In this document: piece after piece, positions 37,192 through 48,486 of the stretch | Position numbering within the stretch: the stretch's first letter is position 1 | Layout of the letters: every line of letters starts with the position of its first letter | Assembly (NCBI GenBank): GCA_036677065.1 | Contig: JAKFBS010000004.1 | Coordinates: forward strand, 416,001 to 480,000 | Length of the DNA: 64,000 nucleotides | Direction of reading: 5' to 3' | Source: Bdellovibrio sp. | GTDB lineage: Bacteria; Bdellovibrionota; Bdellovibrionia; Bdellovibrionales; Bdellovibrionaceae | The notes under the pieces: model-generated | The model's input: only the letters and a program-made list of their open reading frames with translations | What the model was told of the DNA's origin: nothing | Database searches by the model: none | Program-made: the position numbers and the translations under genes

Positions 37192-38604
37192 TTAGTTTTC
37201 ATTAGTTTCGGTTTTTGTACCTAAACGTTCAGGAGCTTTGATGATAGCTTTCTTAGCTGGCTTTTGCCCCATGGCTTTTAAGATATCATTACCAAATGCA
37301 GCCATCTGATCGACTTGCTTACGATTACCCACGTTTGGATCAACGCCAGCGGCTTTACCCGAAGAAAAAAAGCTGCGATCCATAGTATCTAAAAATTTCG
37401 TTCCGGCAAATCCAGTGCTTTTTTCTAAAATCGTTAACGACTTAAATAAATTTAACTGACGAGCTGTGCGCGTCTTATTAGCTAAGGATAGCGAAGAATC
37501 GCCTGTGGCTAAGATAAATCTTTTTACATCATCAGCTTTCCAGTAAAGTTCTTTGTCGGCGATAACTAAAACAGCAGCGCCGGTCACAAACGCAGTGGCT
37601 TGTGAAGTTCCGGTCATTAAACCGTAAGAGTTATTCGGTAAACATGATAAGATCGTTTGCCCCGGAGCTGCGATATCTACAGTCTCGGTGCCGTAATTTG
37701 AAGAAGATAAAACTTCGGTTGTTGGATCAATCGCTGTTACTGAAATAATATTTTTTAATTTGTAATCAGCCGGGTAGTAGTGATGTTCATCAGAATTTGA
37801 ACGCTCGTTACCAGCGGCCGCAACAAAAAGAATTCCTTGTTTTTCAGCGGCAGCTACAGCGTCGTGTTCTTCCTGAGAAAATTCAGTGCCACCACCAGAA
37901 TAATTGATAACATGTGCACCCATTTTAACTGCGTAGTTGATCGATTGAATTGTATTTTTTAAATTGTCTGTGTTTGGAACTTTCGGATCATAATATTTTA
38001 AAATCATTAAACTCACATCGGGTGAAATGCCGCTGATACCTTTACGGTTTCCAGCTTCGGCGCCGATGATGCCGGCAATATGAGTGCCGTGACCATGATT
38101 ATCATCAAGTTTTGCATTCTGTGATACAAAGTTCCAACCATAAATATCATCGACAAAACCATTACCATCATCATCAATACCGTTTGAGGCTTTATTGCGG
38201 CCTTTGGCATCCAGACCAGTTTCGCCTGGGTTTTTCCAAAGATTATTTTTTAAGTCTTCATGATGAATATCAATACCGGTATCGATCACCGCTACGATCA
38301 CTTTTTTGCTGCCTCTGGTGATTGACCACGCGCGCGCAGCATCAGATTTTTTTAAACCCCAAGCCTGTTTAATCGCCGGATCATTGAATAAAGCAGAAGG
38401 CTCGTTTGGAACTGTCGTTGACGAGTCGACAACAGTTCCAAGTTCTAAAGTTCTGTTATCAACTTTTTTAATTTTTGCTTTTTGTGATTGCGCTGTACGT
38501 TCAGGAGTCAGGTCACGGTTTTTCTTGTATAACAAAAATCCGCCTATTGAAAAGCAGAACACAGCAAAAGTACCAATAACAGCATTTAGAAGTTTATTAT
38601 TCAT
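37192..38604 (-). CDS. Subtilisin-like S8 serine protease
   Basis: VIDTG, HGTHIAG, GTSQAT catalytic triad; N-terminal anchor. Confidence 0.93.
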   Translation of the reverse strand: MNNKLLNAVIGTFAVFCFSIGGFLLYKKNRDLTPERTAQSQKAKIKKVDNRTLELGTVVDSSTTVPNEPSALFNDPAIKQAWGLKKSDAARAWSITRGSKKVIVAVIDTGIDIHHEDLKNNLWKNPGETGLDAKGRNKASNGIDDDGNGFVDDIYGWNFVSQNAKLDDNHGHGTHIAGIIGAEAGNRKGISGISPDVSLMILKYYDPKVPNTDNLKNTIQSINYAVKMGAHVINYSGGGTEFSQEEHDAVAAAEKQGILFVAAAGNERSNSDEHHYYPADYKLKNIISVTAIDPTTEVLSSSNYGTETVDIAAPGQTILSCLPNNSYGLMTGTSQATAFVTGAAVLVIADKELYWKADDVKRFILATGDSSLSLANKTRTARQLNLFKSLTILEKSTGFAGTKFLDTMDRSFFSSGKAAGVDPNVGNRKQVDQMAAFGNDILKAMGQKPAKKAIIKAPERLGTKTETNEN

Positions 38605-38611
38605 AATGTGT

Positions 38612-38639
38612 TTATCGGTACTTTAAGACGCAAATCTTA
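38612..38639 (-). promoter_or_regulatory. sigma28 promoter, apparently leaderless
   Basis: TAAG-N16-ACCGATAA, then 7 nt to ATG 38604. Confidence 0.65.
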
Positions 38640-38653
38640 AGACTTAAGATGGC

Positions 38654-40501
38654 TTATTTTGATACAGTGGGGGCATTCATCACAAGGTCAGTCTGCTTGA
38701 TAAAATTCTCAGGAAAGCCAAACTCCTTGCTCGGATTCTCTAAGCGATCATAAAACAGAAGATTGCGGGCGATGATTTTTACATAAAGTCTAGTTTCGTC
38801 GTAAGGAATCTCTTCGATGAAATCAACAATATCGAATTTAGGGCGAAACCGGGTTTTTAACCAACGCGATACAGCCCCAGGTCCAGCATTGTACGCGGCA
38901 GCGACAAGAGCGTATTGATCTTTTTGCTTTTTAACTTGTGCTGATAATTCATAACTTCCGATTTTAATATTGATTTGCGGGTTAAATAAATCTTCGGCTT
39001 TTTTGTATTCGACTTTGTGCTTACGGGCTAAATGTTTGGCTAACGGCGGAATCACCTGCATCAGGCCGTAAGCATTAGCGGGGCTGCGTGAATTCATATT
39101 AAACGCAGACTCTTGGCGCATGATCGAAAATATCAAACTTGAAGGCAAGCCCGTCACAGAGGCCATTTCTTTAACTTCGCTATGGTATAATCTTGGAAAC
39201 AAAAGATCATATTTCTGCACTAGAATGTCTTGTTTTTGTTCGATCGGAAGTTTAGAAAATGCGATGAACAAGGGTAAAAAACGTTGCCCACGATGAGCTA
39301 ATTCTAATCCCAGCACAGTTAATTGTTCTGGGTTATCAGTTAAAGCTAAAGTCGTACGTTCGGCTAAATCAACTTCGTCGTGCTGTAATAGTGCATTAAA
39401 GAAATCTTTTTGTTTCGGGGTTAAAAAAGATAATGATTTGTCAAAATTAAATTTTTCAGTGGCCTTTAGTGAATTAAACGCCGGAACTTTTTGTCCGAGC
39501 TCATCGTAAGCTAAAAGCGAATAATAACTGTAAAAATCTTCTTGGGTCATTTGTGTCCAGATTTTCACAGCATCATCTTTTTTATCGATGCGAACAAGGC
39601 TGCGCGCCAAGAAAAAGTTAGCGCGTGATTTTTCAGCCACATCAATTGTTTCTGTGGCTAAAACTTTAAAGGCTTCAGAAGCTTGTGCCCACTGTTCGTC
39701 TTTGTAAAGAACCCAGGCTTTTGTCCACAATAGTTTTTCACGTGTTAAAAGCGCATTTTTCGATGGACCTTTTTTAAGGTCAGCTAAAACACTGTCATAT
39801 AGAGCTAGCGCATCTTTGAATTTTTCTTCATCTTCTTTAACTTTGCCAAGCAAATATGAAATGTCAGATAGATTTTGTTGCTCGATAGTTTTAAAGGCTG
39901 TGATAGTTGCATTTAATAGGCTATCAGCTTTTTTAAATTCGTTATCTGAATAATAAATGCGGCCTAAATTCACCGAAGCTTCTAAATACAGGTCTTGATG
40001 TTTAATGTTTTTAGAATCTTTTTTAAATGTTTTTAAAGATAGAACGTGAAAATCTTTAAGAACCTTAAGGGCGTCATTTTTTTTGTTATTGTTGCGGTAT
40101 TTAATGCGCAATTGTTTTAGCAAAGCCATTTTTTCGATGGGCTTTTTTTCTTTGCTAATTTGTTTACGTAAACTGGCAATAGATTCGGTTTCTGCAATGG
40201 CCACTTGGGCCGTGGCCGATACTGGTGTCGGTAATAATAAAATATTTGCTTCAGCTATTTCCTGAATAAAGATTCGGCGTTCAAAATCAGTCACAGATTT
40301 CATATCATAATTAAAACCCGGGCATTTTTTAATGCCACGAATTCCGGCTAAAGAACTTAAGGCGAAGCTTTTGTCTTGTGAAGCTTTTGTAAGTTGTTCG
40401 CAAGACATATCTTTAATCTTTGTATAGCCCAAAAGCTGCGCATGAGAGCAGGCGAAAAAGAAGGGGATTACAAAGCAGAACTTTTTTAAAATTGAAATCA
40501 T
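38654..40501 (-). CDS. Slt-family lytic transglycosylase with TPR-like repeats
   Basis: IMRQESAF, GLMQV, AAYNAGPG, IPYDETRLYV. Confidence 0.92.
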   Translation of the reverse strand: MISILKKFCFVIPFFFACSHAQLLGYTKIKDMSCEQLTKASQDKSFALSSLAGIRGIKKCPGFNYDMKSVTDFERRIFIQEIAEANILLLPTPVSATAQVAIAETESIASLRKQISKEKKPIEKMALLKQLRIKYRNNNKKNDALKVLKDFHVLSLKTFKKDSKNIKHQDLYLEASVNLGRIYYSDNEFKKADSLLNATITAFKTIEQQNLSDISYLLGKVKEDEEKFKDALALYDSVLADLKKGPSKNALLTREKLLWTKAWVLYKDEQWAQASEAFKVLATETIDVAEKSRANFFLARSLVRIDKKDDAVKIWTQMTQEDFYSYYSLLAYDELGQKVPAFNSLKATEKFNFDKSLSFLTPKQKDFFNALLQHDEVDLAERTTLALTDNPEQLTVLGLELAHRGQRFLPLFIAFSKLPIEQKQDILVQKYDLLFPRLYHSEVKEMASVTGLPSSLIFSIMRQESAFNMNSRSPANAYGLMQVIPPLAKHLARKHKVEYKKAEDLFNPQINIKIGSYELSAQVKKQKDQYALVAAAYNAGPGAVSRWLKTRFRPKFDIVDFIEEIPYDETRLYVKIIARNLLFYDRLENPSKEFGFPENFIKQTDLVMNAPTVSK

Positions 40502-40521
40502 TGTGCCTATCCTAGCTGTAA

Positions 40522-42786
40522 TTAAATGTTATAGCTAAATTCTAATATCTTGTTTGTTTGCGAAAAAGTAACATTAATCTTTCCGCCATTTTTTAATTTA
40601 CCGAATAATAACTCATCGATGATTCGGGCTTTCACCAGCTCATCAATTTTACGGTGCAGCGGTCGCGCGCCATACACCGGGTCATAGCCGGATTCAGCAA
40701 TAAAAGTAACTGCTGAATCGTCATATGTAAAATCAACTTTTTTAGCCGCCAAGGTGTGCTTAAGCTCGGTTAAAAATTTATCGACGATATTTTTGATTAA
40801 ATCTAATGTTAAACCGTTAAAATATATAATTTTATCTAGGCGATTAATAAATTCTGGGGCAAAAGTTTTTTTGATTGCTTCAGCGCTAACTTGGCCAGGA
40901 ACACTTTTACCTAAACCAATGCTTCCGCGCGCAACATCGGCAGCTCCTGCGTTTGAAGTCATCACTAGAATAGAATTTTTAAAATCAACTATTCGGCCGT
41001 TACCATCAGTTAAGCGGCCGCCATCCATAATTTGTAATAAAATATTATAAATATCTGAATGCGCTTTTTCAATTTCGTCTAATAAAATTAAAGAGTATGG
41101 CGCTTTTGAAACAGCTTCAGTAAGTTGTCCGCCTTGTTCAAAGCCCACGTATCCCGGAGGCGCCCCTACAAGGCGTGAGATCGAATGTTTTTCCATGTAT
41201 TCACTCATATCAAAACGTTGGTAATTGACGCCAAGAATGCGCGCTAGCTGTTTACAGACTTCGGTTTTACCAACACCGGTAGGGCCGGCGAATAAAAAGC
41301 TTCCCCACGGTTTTTCTTTGGTTTCTAAACCACTGCGCGCAAATTTAATCGCCTGAGTTAATGCAGAAATCGCATCGTCTTGGCCAAAAATTAATGATTT
41401 AAGTTTAATATCTAAATCTTTAAGCTGGCTTAAATCATCTGATGATAATTGCGTTGTCGGCACACCAGAAATTTTTGAAATAATAGCAGCAACGTCTTCG
41501 ACATCGACTGTTTTTTGTTTTTTTAGCTTAGTGGTTGAGCCGACTTCATCTAAGATATCAATCGCTTTATCCGGAAGCTTTGCCGAAGTTAAATATTTTA
41601 CTGATAATTCTACGCAGGCACGAATCGCAGCTTTTGTGTAAGTCACGTCATGAAATTTTTCGTACTGTGATTTTAGGGCTTCTAAAATCTGTACGGTGTC
41701 TTCAATGGTAGGCTCTTTAATATCAACGCGTTGAAATCTGCGGTTAAGGCCGCGATCTTTTTCAAAGTGCTGGCGATATTCCTGAAACGTCGTTGCGCCG
41801 ATACAAGAAATTTCACCTTTAGATAAAGCAGGTTTTAATAAATTAGCCGCATCCATTGATGAGCCAGAAGTTGATCCAGCGCCTACGATATTATGAATTT
41901 CATCAATGAATAAAATAATATTCGGGTCGGCTTTGGCTTCTTTTAAAATATTTTTTAAGCGGCCTTCAAAATCACCACGGTATTTTGCTCCGGCTAAAAG
42001 TGAACCCACATCAACTGAATAAATAACTTTGTTCAATAAAAATTCAGGAACTTGGCCTTGATTAATTTTTTCAGCTAAACCTTCAACGATGGCTGTTTTA
42101 CCAACACCACTGTCACCAATAATTAAAGGATTGTTTTTCTGGCGACGGCCTAAAGTTTGAATCATTTTTTCAATGATATCTTCGCGACCTATCAAAGGAT
42201 CTTTTTTACCACTGCGGGCGTAATCATTTAGATTAATCGCAAAATCTTCTAAAGCCGTTGATTTTTTATCAGCGCCTTGAGTTGAGCGTGTGTCATCAGC
42301 TGTTGATTCAGTTCCTGTCGGCGTGCTCGCAGACAGTTCGTGGCTGACGACCGAGATCACATCAAACTGGGTTAAGCCCATTTTTTGTAAAACAAAAGCT
42401 GCTTTCGATTTTTTTTCATCAAAGACAGAAATAAAAACTGAAAGTTCATTGATTTCAGATCTTCCAGAGTTTTGCATCTGCAAAGCCGCGCGCTCAAAAG
42501 CGCGATGAACAGAAACGGTGAGTTGCGCTTTCCATTCTGTCAGGTCACCTTCCGGACTTAAAACTTTTTTTTCGTCTTCAGAAAGGGTTTCGTTTTTGTT
42601 AATATATTTTTGCAGTTCTTTTTTAACTTCGGCGACATTCACATTTAGTTTATCGCAAACTTCAATCACCTGCGGTGCCTCTAACAGCGTAAACGTGAAA
42701 TGCTCAAGCGTAACAAATTCATGCGATTTTTTGGTCGCAAGATCGATGGCTTTACCTAATCTTTTATCAAGTTCTTTAGATATCAT
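40522..42786 (-). CDS. clpA: ATP-dependent Clp protease ATPase subunit ClpA
   Basis: Two AAA+ modules ([16 protein letters not shown]), IGL-type loop, adjacent clpS. Confidence 0.93.
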   Translation of the reverse strand: MISKELDKRLGKAIDLATKKSHEFVTLEHFTFTLLEAPQVIEVCDKLNVNVAEVKKELQKYINKNETLSEDEKKVLSPEGDLTEWKAQLTVSVHRAFERAALQMQNSGRSEINELSVFISVFDEKKSKAAFVLQKMGLTQFDVISVVSHELSASTPTGTESTADDTRSTQGADKKSTALEDFAINLNDYARSGKKDPLIGREDIIEKMIQTLGRRQKNNPLIIGDSGVGKTAIVEGLAEKINQGQVPEFLLNKVIYSVDVGSLLAGAKYRGDFEGRLKNILKEAKADPNIILFIDEIHNIVGAGSTSGSSMDAANLLKPALSKGEISCIGATTFQEYRQHFEKDRGLNRRFQRVDIKEPTIEDTVQILEALKSQYEKFHDVTYTKAAIRACVELSVKYLTSAKLPDKAIDILDEVGSTTKLKKQKTVDVEDVAAIISKISGVPTTQLSSDDLSQLKDLDIKLKSLIFGQDDAISALTQAIKFARSGLETKEKPWGSFLFAGPTGVGKTEVCKQLARILGVNYQRFDMSEYMEKHSISRLVGAPPGYVGFEQGGQLTEAVSKAPYSLILLDEIEKAHSDIYNILLQIMDGGRLTDGNGRIVDFKNSILVMTSNAGAADVARGSIGLGKSVPGQVSAEAIKKTFAPEFINRLDKIIYFNGLTLDLIKNIVDKFLTELKHTLAAKKVDFTYDDSAVTFIAESGYDPVYGARPLHRKIDELVKARIIDELLFGKLKNGGKINVTFSQTNKILEFSYNI

Positions 42787-42797
42787 AAGTTCCGCCT

Positions 42798-43211
42798 TTA
42801 CTTGTCTTCTTCAACAATACATTTTAACGGGTATTTATTGCTTTTAGCAAACTGGTTTACTTGTAGGGCTTTAGTTTCAGCCACTTCAAAAGTATACACT
42901 CCTGCCACACCAGAACCTAGTTTATGGACGTCTAGCATGATCTTTTCTGCGCTTTTGTCGTCATGTTTAAAAAAAGTTTTTAAAACATAAACAACAAAAT
43001 CCATCGGCGTGTAATCATCATTCAAAAGTAAAACTTTATAAAGGCTGGGCTCTTCAGTTTCGACTTCATCCAGTAAATCAATACCGGTTGCAGAATCGTT
43101 CTTGCCGCCACTATCGTTTTGTCCAGATAACTGGATTTTGTAGAATGAAGAAACATGTGTTTTGCCTTCGGCAAAGTCGTTCTCAGGTTGATACGTGTTT
43201 GTTTGATACAT
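42798..43211 (-). CDS. clpS: Clp adaptor ClpS
   Basis: YKVLLLNDDYTPMDFVV, MLDVH, YPLKC; start uncertain. Confidence 0.93.
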   Translation of the reverse strand: MYQTNTYQPENDFAEGKTHVSSFYKIQLSGQNDSGGKNDSATGIDLLDEVETEEPSLYKVLLLNDDYTPMDFVVYVLKTFFKHDDKSAEKIMLDVHKLGSGVAGVYTFEVAETKALQVNQFAKSNKYPLKCIVEEDK

Positions 43212-43346
43212 AATTATTATTCTAGTCAAGGTACGGTTAAAATCAACGAACAAAATTCATTTCAATACTTGTCAAAGCCGATGAATGTTATAATATTTAG
43301 GTGTGTGTCGTTATTATTTATTAAATATAAAGGGGATAAAGTTATT

Positions 43347-43940
43347 ATGAAAAACACTGGGACGTTAAACAATAAAGGTTTCTCGCTAGTTGAACTTATG
43401 ATCGTTGTTGCGATTATTGGTTTATTAGCCGCTGTGGGTGTACCACAGTATCAAAAATTCCAAGCACGTGCTCGCCAAGGTGAAGCTAAAGCTTCATTAA
43501 GCGCATTATATGCAGCTGAGCAAAGTTTCTACGGTGAGTGGAATCAATATAGTCCAGATTTAAGAGCTATCGGCTTTGGTGTGACTGGTACAGGCTTACG
43601 CTATGTAACAGGTTTCTCTGCTGGTACATGCACGAATTACTCTTCACTAAGTGGTGCTCCTGCTATTGTAGCAACCAATATCTGGTCTGATTCAGCTGGC
43701 GTTTGTCAAAATGGTGCAGCTCAATGGGGTCCTCCACAAACTGCAGCCTGCGTAGTTTACTTTCAAAAAACATTACCTGCACCAACGGCAACAAATTGCG
43801 TTTCAACAGCTGGCTCTGCAGCTTTCATAGGAGCAGCGATTGGTAATCCAAATAATACGATGACGGGAACGGCTCCACCAGATGGTTGGACAATTAATAA
43901 TAATAAACGTATTGCTAACACGGCTGCGGGTATTAGATAA
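43347..43940 (+). CDS. pilA: Type IVa major pilin
   Basis: KG|FSLVELMIVVAIIGLLAAVGVPQY prepilin site; ARQGEAKASL; four Cys. Confidence 0.9.
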   Translation: MKNTGTLNNKGFSLVELMIVVAIIGLLAAVGVPQYQKFQARARQGEAKASLSALYAAEQSFYGEWNQYSPDLRAIGFGVTGTGLRYVTGFSAGTCTNYSSLSGAPAIVATNIWSDSAGVCQNGAAQWGPPQTAACVVYFQKTLPAPTATNCVSTAGSAAFIGAAIGNPNNTMTGTAPPDGWTINNNKRIANTAAGIR

Positions 43941-43948
43941 TTTAAGCA

Positions 43949-44611
43949 ATGCTTAACTTAGTACTAGGTATATCAGTTTTAGTAACGTGGCTTTCGAGCC
44001 ACGTTTTTTTTTCTAAAAGCTATGATCGCTTTGAAGAGCCTTATCTTGCTCCACCAAAATCAATCCAACATTTTACGGCGGGTTTTAAAATTCAAGTGGC
44101 CGATTCATTATGGATGCGTGCCGTTCAAGATTTTGATCACTGTTCAAATCGACTAGCTGAAAATGTCTGCGAAGGTAATTCGTGGTTGTATTCAGTTTTA
44201 GATTTAGCAAGCACACTTGATTCAAGATTAGAGCCGGTGATGTATCAAACTGGTGGTTTAGCCCTTTCAATTTTAGTCGGTGATGTTGAAGGCGGGGCTA
44301 AAATACTCGAGCGTGGCAGCCGAGTTTATCCTGACCACTGGCAGATCGCTTATGCTGCTGGTTATCATGCCTTATATGAAGAAAAAAACAAAGCCAAGGC
44401 CGCCAGATATTATTTGCGGGCCTCAGAAAAAGGCGCACCTGATTGGACACGATTGCTTGCGGGCCGTTTAGCCAGTGAAGGTGGCGATACCGAGTATGCC
44501 GATAAAATCTTAGAAGACATGATTGCTCAAAACCAAGACGAAAAGCTCATAAAACGCCTAAAACTTAAACTAGAAGAAGCTAAGTCAGAAAATAAGACAC
44601 TGACGAAGTAA
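43949..44611 (+). CDS. Pilus-associated TPR-like protein (Myxococcus PilG-like)
   Basis: ADSLWMRAVQ...LDLASTLD...ILERG...PDHWQI; directly downstream of the pilin. Confidence 0.7.
   Translation: MLNLVLGISVLVTWLSSHVFFSKSYDRFEEPYLAPPKSIQHFTAGFKIQVADSLWMRAVQDFDHCSNRLAENVCEGNSWLYSVLDLASTLDSRLEPVMYQTGGLALSILVGDVEGGAKILERGSRVYPDHWQIAYAAGYHALYEEKNKAKAARYYLRASEKGAPDWTRLLAGRLASEGGDTEYADKILEDMIAQNQDEKLIKRLKLKLEEAKSENKTLTK
43984..44012 (+). terminator. Intrinsic terminator after pilA, inside the next ORF
   Basis: AACGTGGCT-TTCG-AGCCACGTT plus a T tract. Confidence 0.7.
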
Positions 44612-44668
44612 AAATCTCTCTTCTCCACTCTTGACGTTAGCTGATTAGACCTCCTATTTTAGTCTGCT

Positions 44669-45799
44669 ATGTCTACAAAGCGCGATTACTATGAAATTCT
44701 GAGTGTTGAGCGTAACGCTGATGGCGATACGATTAAAAAAGCTTACCGCAAGCTTGCGATGCAATATCATCCGGATCGTAATCCCGGTGATAAAGCAGCC
44801 GAAGATAAATTTAAAGAAGCGGCCGAAGCTTACGAAGTTTTAAGTTCACCAGAAAAAAAAGAAAAGTACGATCGTTTTGGTCACCAAGCTTTTCAGCAAG
44901 GTGCTGGAGCCGGCGGTGGCTTTCATGACATGAACGATATTTTTTCGCAGTTTGGCGATGTGTTCGGTGATTTTTTTGGCGGCGGCGGAAGCCCTTTCGG
45001 CCAATCGCGCGGTGGTCAGTCGCGTCCACGCGGTCCACGTAAAGGATCAGATCTTCGTTACATCACTGAAGTTGAATTAGCTTCGGTTTTATCTGACGGC
45101 GAAAAACAAGTTGAATTTGAAACTGAAGAGCACTGCTCTGATTGTAATGGTTCGGGCGCTGCTAAAGGCTCGCAAGCTGTCACATGTAAAGTGTGTAAAG
45201 GCCAAGGCCAAGTGATTCGCCAACAGGGCTTTTTTACAATGGCGACAACATGTTCAGCGTGCGAAGGCACGGGCGAGACGATCGAAAATCCATGCAAAAC
45301 TTGTCATGGCAAAGGCCGCGCAAAAGTAAAACGTAAAATTAAAGTAAACCTTCCTGCCGGTGTTGATAATGGCACACGTCTTCGTATTCAAGGTGAAGGT
45401 GAAGGCGGCTACAAAGGTGGCCCAGCCGGTGATTTATTTGTTGAAATCAGAGTGAAAGATCACGATGTGTATGAGCGCGAAGGCGATCATTTATTTGCTG
45501 ATCTTGATATTGCCTTCGAACAATTCATGTTAGGTGGCGAAATTAAAGTTGATGGTTTAGATGGCGAAATCGAAGTCGATGTGCCACGCGGGGCTCAACC
45601 TGGGGATCAAGTCAAAATCTCAGGACGAGGCGTTCCGTCTTTAAGAGGCTCGCGACGTGGCGATTTGGTCTTCACACTACACCCAGAATTCCCTAAAAAA
45701 GTGACCCCTGAAGAAGAGGCATTGCTGAGACAGTTAGCAGACCTGCGTAAGATCAAGGTCGGTAACGAGAAAAAGGGCTTTTTTGGACGTAAAAAATAG
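44669..45799 (+). CDS. dnaJ: Chaperone DnaJ
   Basis: HPD J-domain, G/F region, four CxxCxGxG repeats. Confidence 0.97.
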   Translation: MSTKRDYYEILSVERNADGDTIKKAYRKLAMQYHPDRNPGDKAAEDKFKEAAEAYEVLSSPEKKEKYDRFGHQAFQQGAGAGGGFHDMNDIFSQFGDVFGDFFGGGGSPFGQSRGGQSRPRGPRKGSDLRYITEVELASVLSDGEKQVEFETEEHCSDCNGSGAAKGSQAVTCKVCKGQGQVIRQQGFFTMATTCSACEGTGETIENPCKTCHGKGRAKVKRKIKVNLPAGVDNGTRLRIQGEGEGGYKGGPAGDLFVEIRVKDHDVYEREGDHLFADLDIAFEQFMLGGEIKVDGLDGEIEVDVPRGAQPGDQVKISGRGVPSLRGSRRGDLVFTLHPEFPKKVTPEEEALLRQLADLRKIKVGNEKKGFFGRKK

Positions 45800-45880
45800 C
45801 CAAAAAGTAGGGTTTCGGGACCTTGACGAGGCATGAACGCGACTCACATTAATAGTATTAAAATTACGGAGAGAGAACAC

Positions 45881-47803
45881 ATGGGAAAAATTATCGGTAT
45901 TGACTTAGGAACTACAAATTCATGCGTAGCCATTATGGAAGGCGGAGAGCCTAAAGTATTAGTTAACGAAGAAGGCGCACGCACAACTCCTTCAGTTGTA
46001 GCATTCACTAAAGATGGCGATCGTTTAGTTGGTCAAATTGCTAAACGCCAAGCTGTAACAAATCCAGAAAACACAATCTTTTCTGCAAAACGTTTTATCG
46101 GTCGCAGATATGAAGAAGTTCAAAGTGAATTAAAATTAATTCCTTACACTGTTGAATCAAAAAATAACGGTGCAGATACGGCCTTCAAAATTCAAGGTGG
46201 CAAATCGGCTTCGCCAGAAGAAATCGGCGCAGCCGTTTTAGGTAAATTAAAAAAAGTAGCTGAAGATTATTTAGGCCAAGAAGTAACAGATGCAGTTATT
46301 ACTGTTCCTGCGTATTTCAACGATGCGCAAAGACAAGCAACTAAAGATGCAGGCCGCATTGCCGGTTTAAATGTTCGTCGTATTATCAACGAACCAACGG
46401 CAGCAGCGTTAGCTTACGGTTTAGATAAAAAGAAAGATCAAAAAATTGTAATCTACGATTTCGGTGGTGGTACATTTGATATCTCTATCTTAGAAGTTGG
46501 TGACGGCGTTGTTGAAGTTAAATCAACAAACGGTGACACTCACTTAGGTGGTGATAACTTTGACGTGATCATCTTAGAATGGTTAATCACTGAATTTAAA
46601 AAAGACCAAGGTATCGATCTTAAGAATGATAAAATGGCTTTACAACGTCTTAAAGAAGCCGCTGAAAAAGCAAAGATTGAATTATCTTCGGCACAAGAAT
46701 CAGATATTAATTTACCGTTCATCACGGCAGATCAATCTGGTCCTAAACATTTACAAATTAAATTAACACGTTCTAAATTCGACCAAATGACTGAAGATTT
46801 AGTGAAACGCTCTATCGAGCCATGCAAAAAAGCATTAGCTGATGCAGGCATTTCGACAGCACAAATCGACGAAGTGGTTTTAGTGGGTGGTTCGACTCGT
46901 ATTCCTTCTATCCAAAAAGCCGTGAAAGACTTTTTCGGTAAAGAGCCAAATAGAACCGTGAATCCAGATGAAGTTGTAGCTTTAGGTGCTGCGGTTCAAG
47001 GTGGAGTATTAGCGGGCGATGTTAAAGACGTTTTATTATTAGACGTAACGCCGCTATCACTTGGTATTGAAACTATGGGTGGCGTAATGACGACTCTTAT
47101 CGAGCGTAATACGACAATCCCATCGAAAAAATCTCAGGTGTTTTCAACTGCTGCGGATAACCAACCAGGCGTTGATATTCACGTGTTACAAGGCGAACGT
47201 AAAATGGCTACAGATAATAAATCTTTAGGCCGTTTCGAGTTATCTGGAATTGCTCCAGCTCCTCGTGGTATGCCACAAATCGAAGTGGTTTTTGATATCG
47301 ATGCGAATGGTATTTTACATGTATCTGCATTAGATAAAGCGACGAACAAGTCGCAACAAATCAAAATCACGGCGCAATCTGGTTTATCTGAAGATGAAAT
47401 CAAAAAAGCAGTTAAAGAAGCTGAAATGCAAGCTGACTCTGATAAAGAAAAAGCAGAAGCAGCTCAGACTCGCAATAATTTAGATAACTTGATTTACCAA
47501 ACTGAAAAGTTAGTTAATGAAAACGCAGAAAAACTTGGTGCCGACGCAGAACCTGTGAAAACAGCAGTCGCAGAAGCTAAAAAAGTTTTTGAAAATAAGG
47601 CAGCAACTACTGCTGAATTAAAAGCGGCGTTTGAAGCATTACAAACTTCATCACACAAAGTGACTGAGGCTTTATATAAAGCTGGTGGTGCACAAGGTGG
47701 TGGTGATGGTTCTGGCGGCGGTAATGGCGCTGGCGGAGCACCGGGTGAAGAGAAAAAAGCTGGCGACGATGTGATCGACGCTGACTTTAAAGACGTTAAC
47801 TAA
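45881..47803 (+). CDS. dnaK: Chaperone DnaK
   Basis: [28 protein letters not shown] 45881 with SD GGAG. Confidence 0.98.
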   Translation: MGKIIGIDLGTTNSCVAIMEGGEPKVLVNEEGARTTPSVVAFTKDGDRLVGQIAKRQAVTNPENTIFSAKRFIGRRYEEVQSELKLIPYTVESKNNGADTAFKIQGGKSASPEEIGAAVLGKLKKVAEDYLGQEVTDAVITVPAYFNDAQRQATKDAGRIAGLNVRRIINEPTAAALAYGLDKKKDQKIVIYDFGGGTFDISILEVGDGVVEVKSTNGDTHLGGDNFDVIILEWLITEFKKDQGIDLKNDKMALQRLKEAAEKAKIELSSAQESDINLPFITADQSGPKHLQIKLTRSKFDQMTEDLVKRSIEPCKKALADAGISTAQIDEVVLVGGSTRIPSIQKAVKDFFGKEPNRTVNPDEVVALGAAVQGGVLAGDVKDVLLLDVTPLSLGIETMGGVMTTLIERNTTIPSKKSQVFSTAADNQPGVDIHVLQGERKMATDNKSLGRFELSGIAPAPRGMPQIEVVFDIDANGILHVSALDKATNKSQQIKITAQSGLSEDEIKKAVKEAEMQADSDKEKAEAAQTRNNLDNLIYQTEKLVNENAEKLGADAEPVKTAVAEAKKVFENKAATTAELKAAFEALQTSSHKVTEALYKAGGAQGGGDGSGGGNGAGGAPGEEKKAGDDVIDADFKDVN

Positions 47804-47826
47804 TTCGTTTTAGTGTAAAATTAGCT

Positions 47827-47856
47827 AAAAAGCCGATCAATAGATCGGCTTTTTTT
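47827..47856 (+). terminator. Intrinsic terminator of dnaK
   Basis: AAAAAGCCGATC-AATA-GATCGGCTTTTTTT. Confidence 0.85.
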
Positions 47857-47922
47857 ATGCAAAATGGACTATCAAAAAGGTTTCATATTGCCAATTTAGG
47901 GGTCATTAGCCATACTTTGGAT

Positions 47923-48486
47923 ATGAAAAAAATCACTGCTGAAAACTTCATTTTTATCGCTTTATTAGTCATCGCTGCTGGTTCTCGTTTAATCCAACAC
48001 AGTTGGAACTTCACGGCTGTTATGGCTTGTGCTTATGTTTTTGCAATTCTTTTTCAAGGCTCAAAAACCAAAGCTGTTTTGCTTCCAGTATTAGCCATGC
48101 TTGTGTCAGATTTTTTTATCGGTTTAAATTCACCCAAGTTTTTTCACTCAACGATGGCTTTTGTTTATGTAGGAATTGGTCTTGCATTAGTGCCGTTCTT
48201 CTTAAATCGTAAAGTAACAGACAAGTCATTAGTTCGTATCGCGGCTATTCTTGGCGGTAGTTCGATCTTTTTCTTAGTTTCAAATTTTGGTGTTTGGGTG
48301 ATGGATGGCATGTACCCAATGACAACGGCCGGATTAATTCAGTGCTACACAATGGCGATTCCGTTTTTTCAAAACCAAATCGCTGCAGATATTATCTTAA
48401 CTCCACTTTTATTGTTCGTAGCCAAGCGCGTACTAGCTCTTGATTTTTTTCAGGTCGTAGTCGGCCAAAGTAATAAGCGAGCGTAA
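47923..48486 (+). CDS. DUF6580/BtuM-like solitary ECF S-component (putative cobalamin transporter)
   Basis: RLIQHSWNFTAV, SDFFIG, FFLVSNFGVW, YPMTTAGLIQCYTMAIPFF. Confidence 0.75.
   Translation: MKKITAENFIFIALLVIAAGSRLIQHSWNFTAVMACAYVFAILFQGSKTKAVLLPVLAMLVSDFFIGLNSPKFFHSTMAFVYVGIGLALVPFFLNRKVTDKSLVRIAAILGGSSIFFLVSNFGVWVMDGMYPMTTAGLIQCYTMAIPFFQNQIAADIILTPLLLFVAKRVLALDFFQVVVGQSNKRA

Noticed and set aside
43155..43346. 64-aa N-terminal extension of the pilin
   Set aside because: It overlaps clpS and the promoter region; ATG 43347 has an SD and gives a normal short prepilin leader.
47804..47922. Cobalamin riboswitch upstream of the BtuM-like gene
   Set aside because: The space holds only the dnaK terminator and a promoter, and no B12 box is visible.
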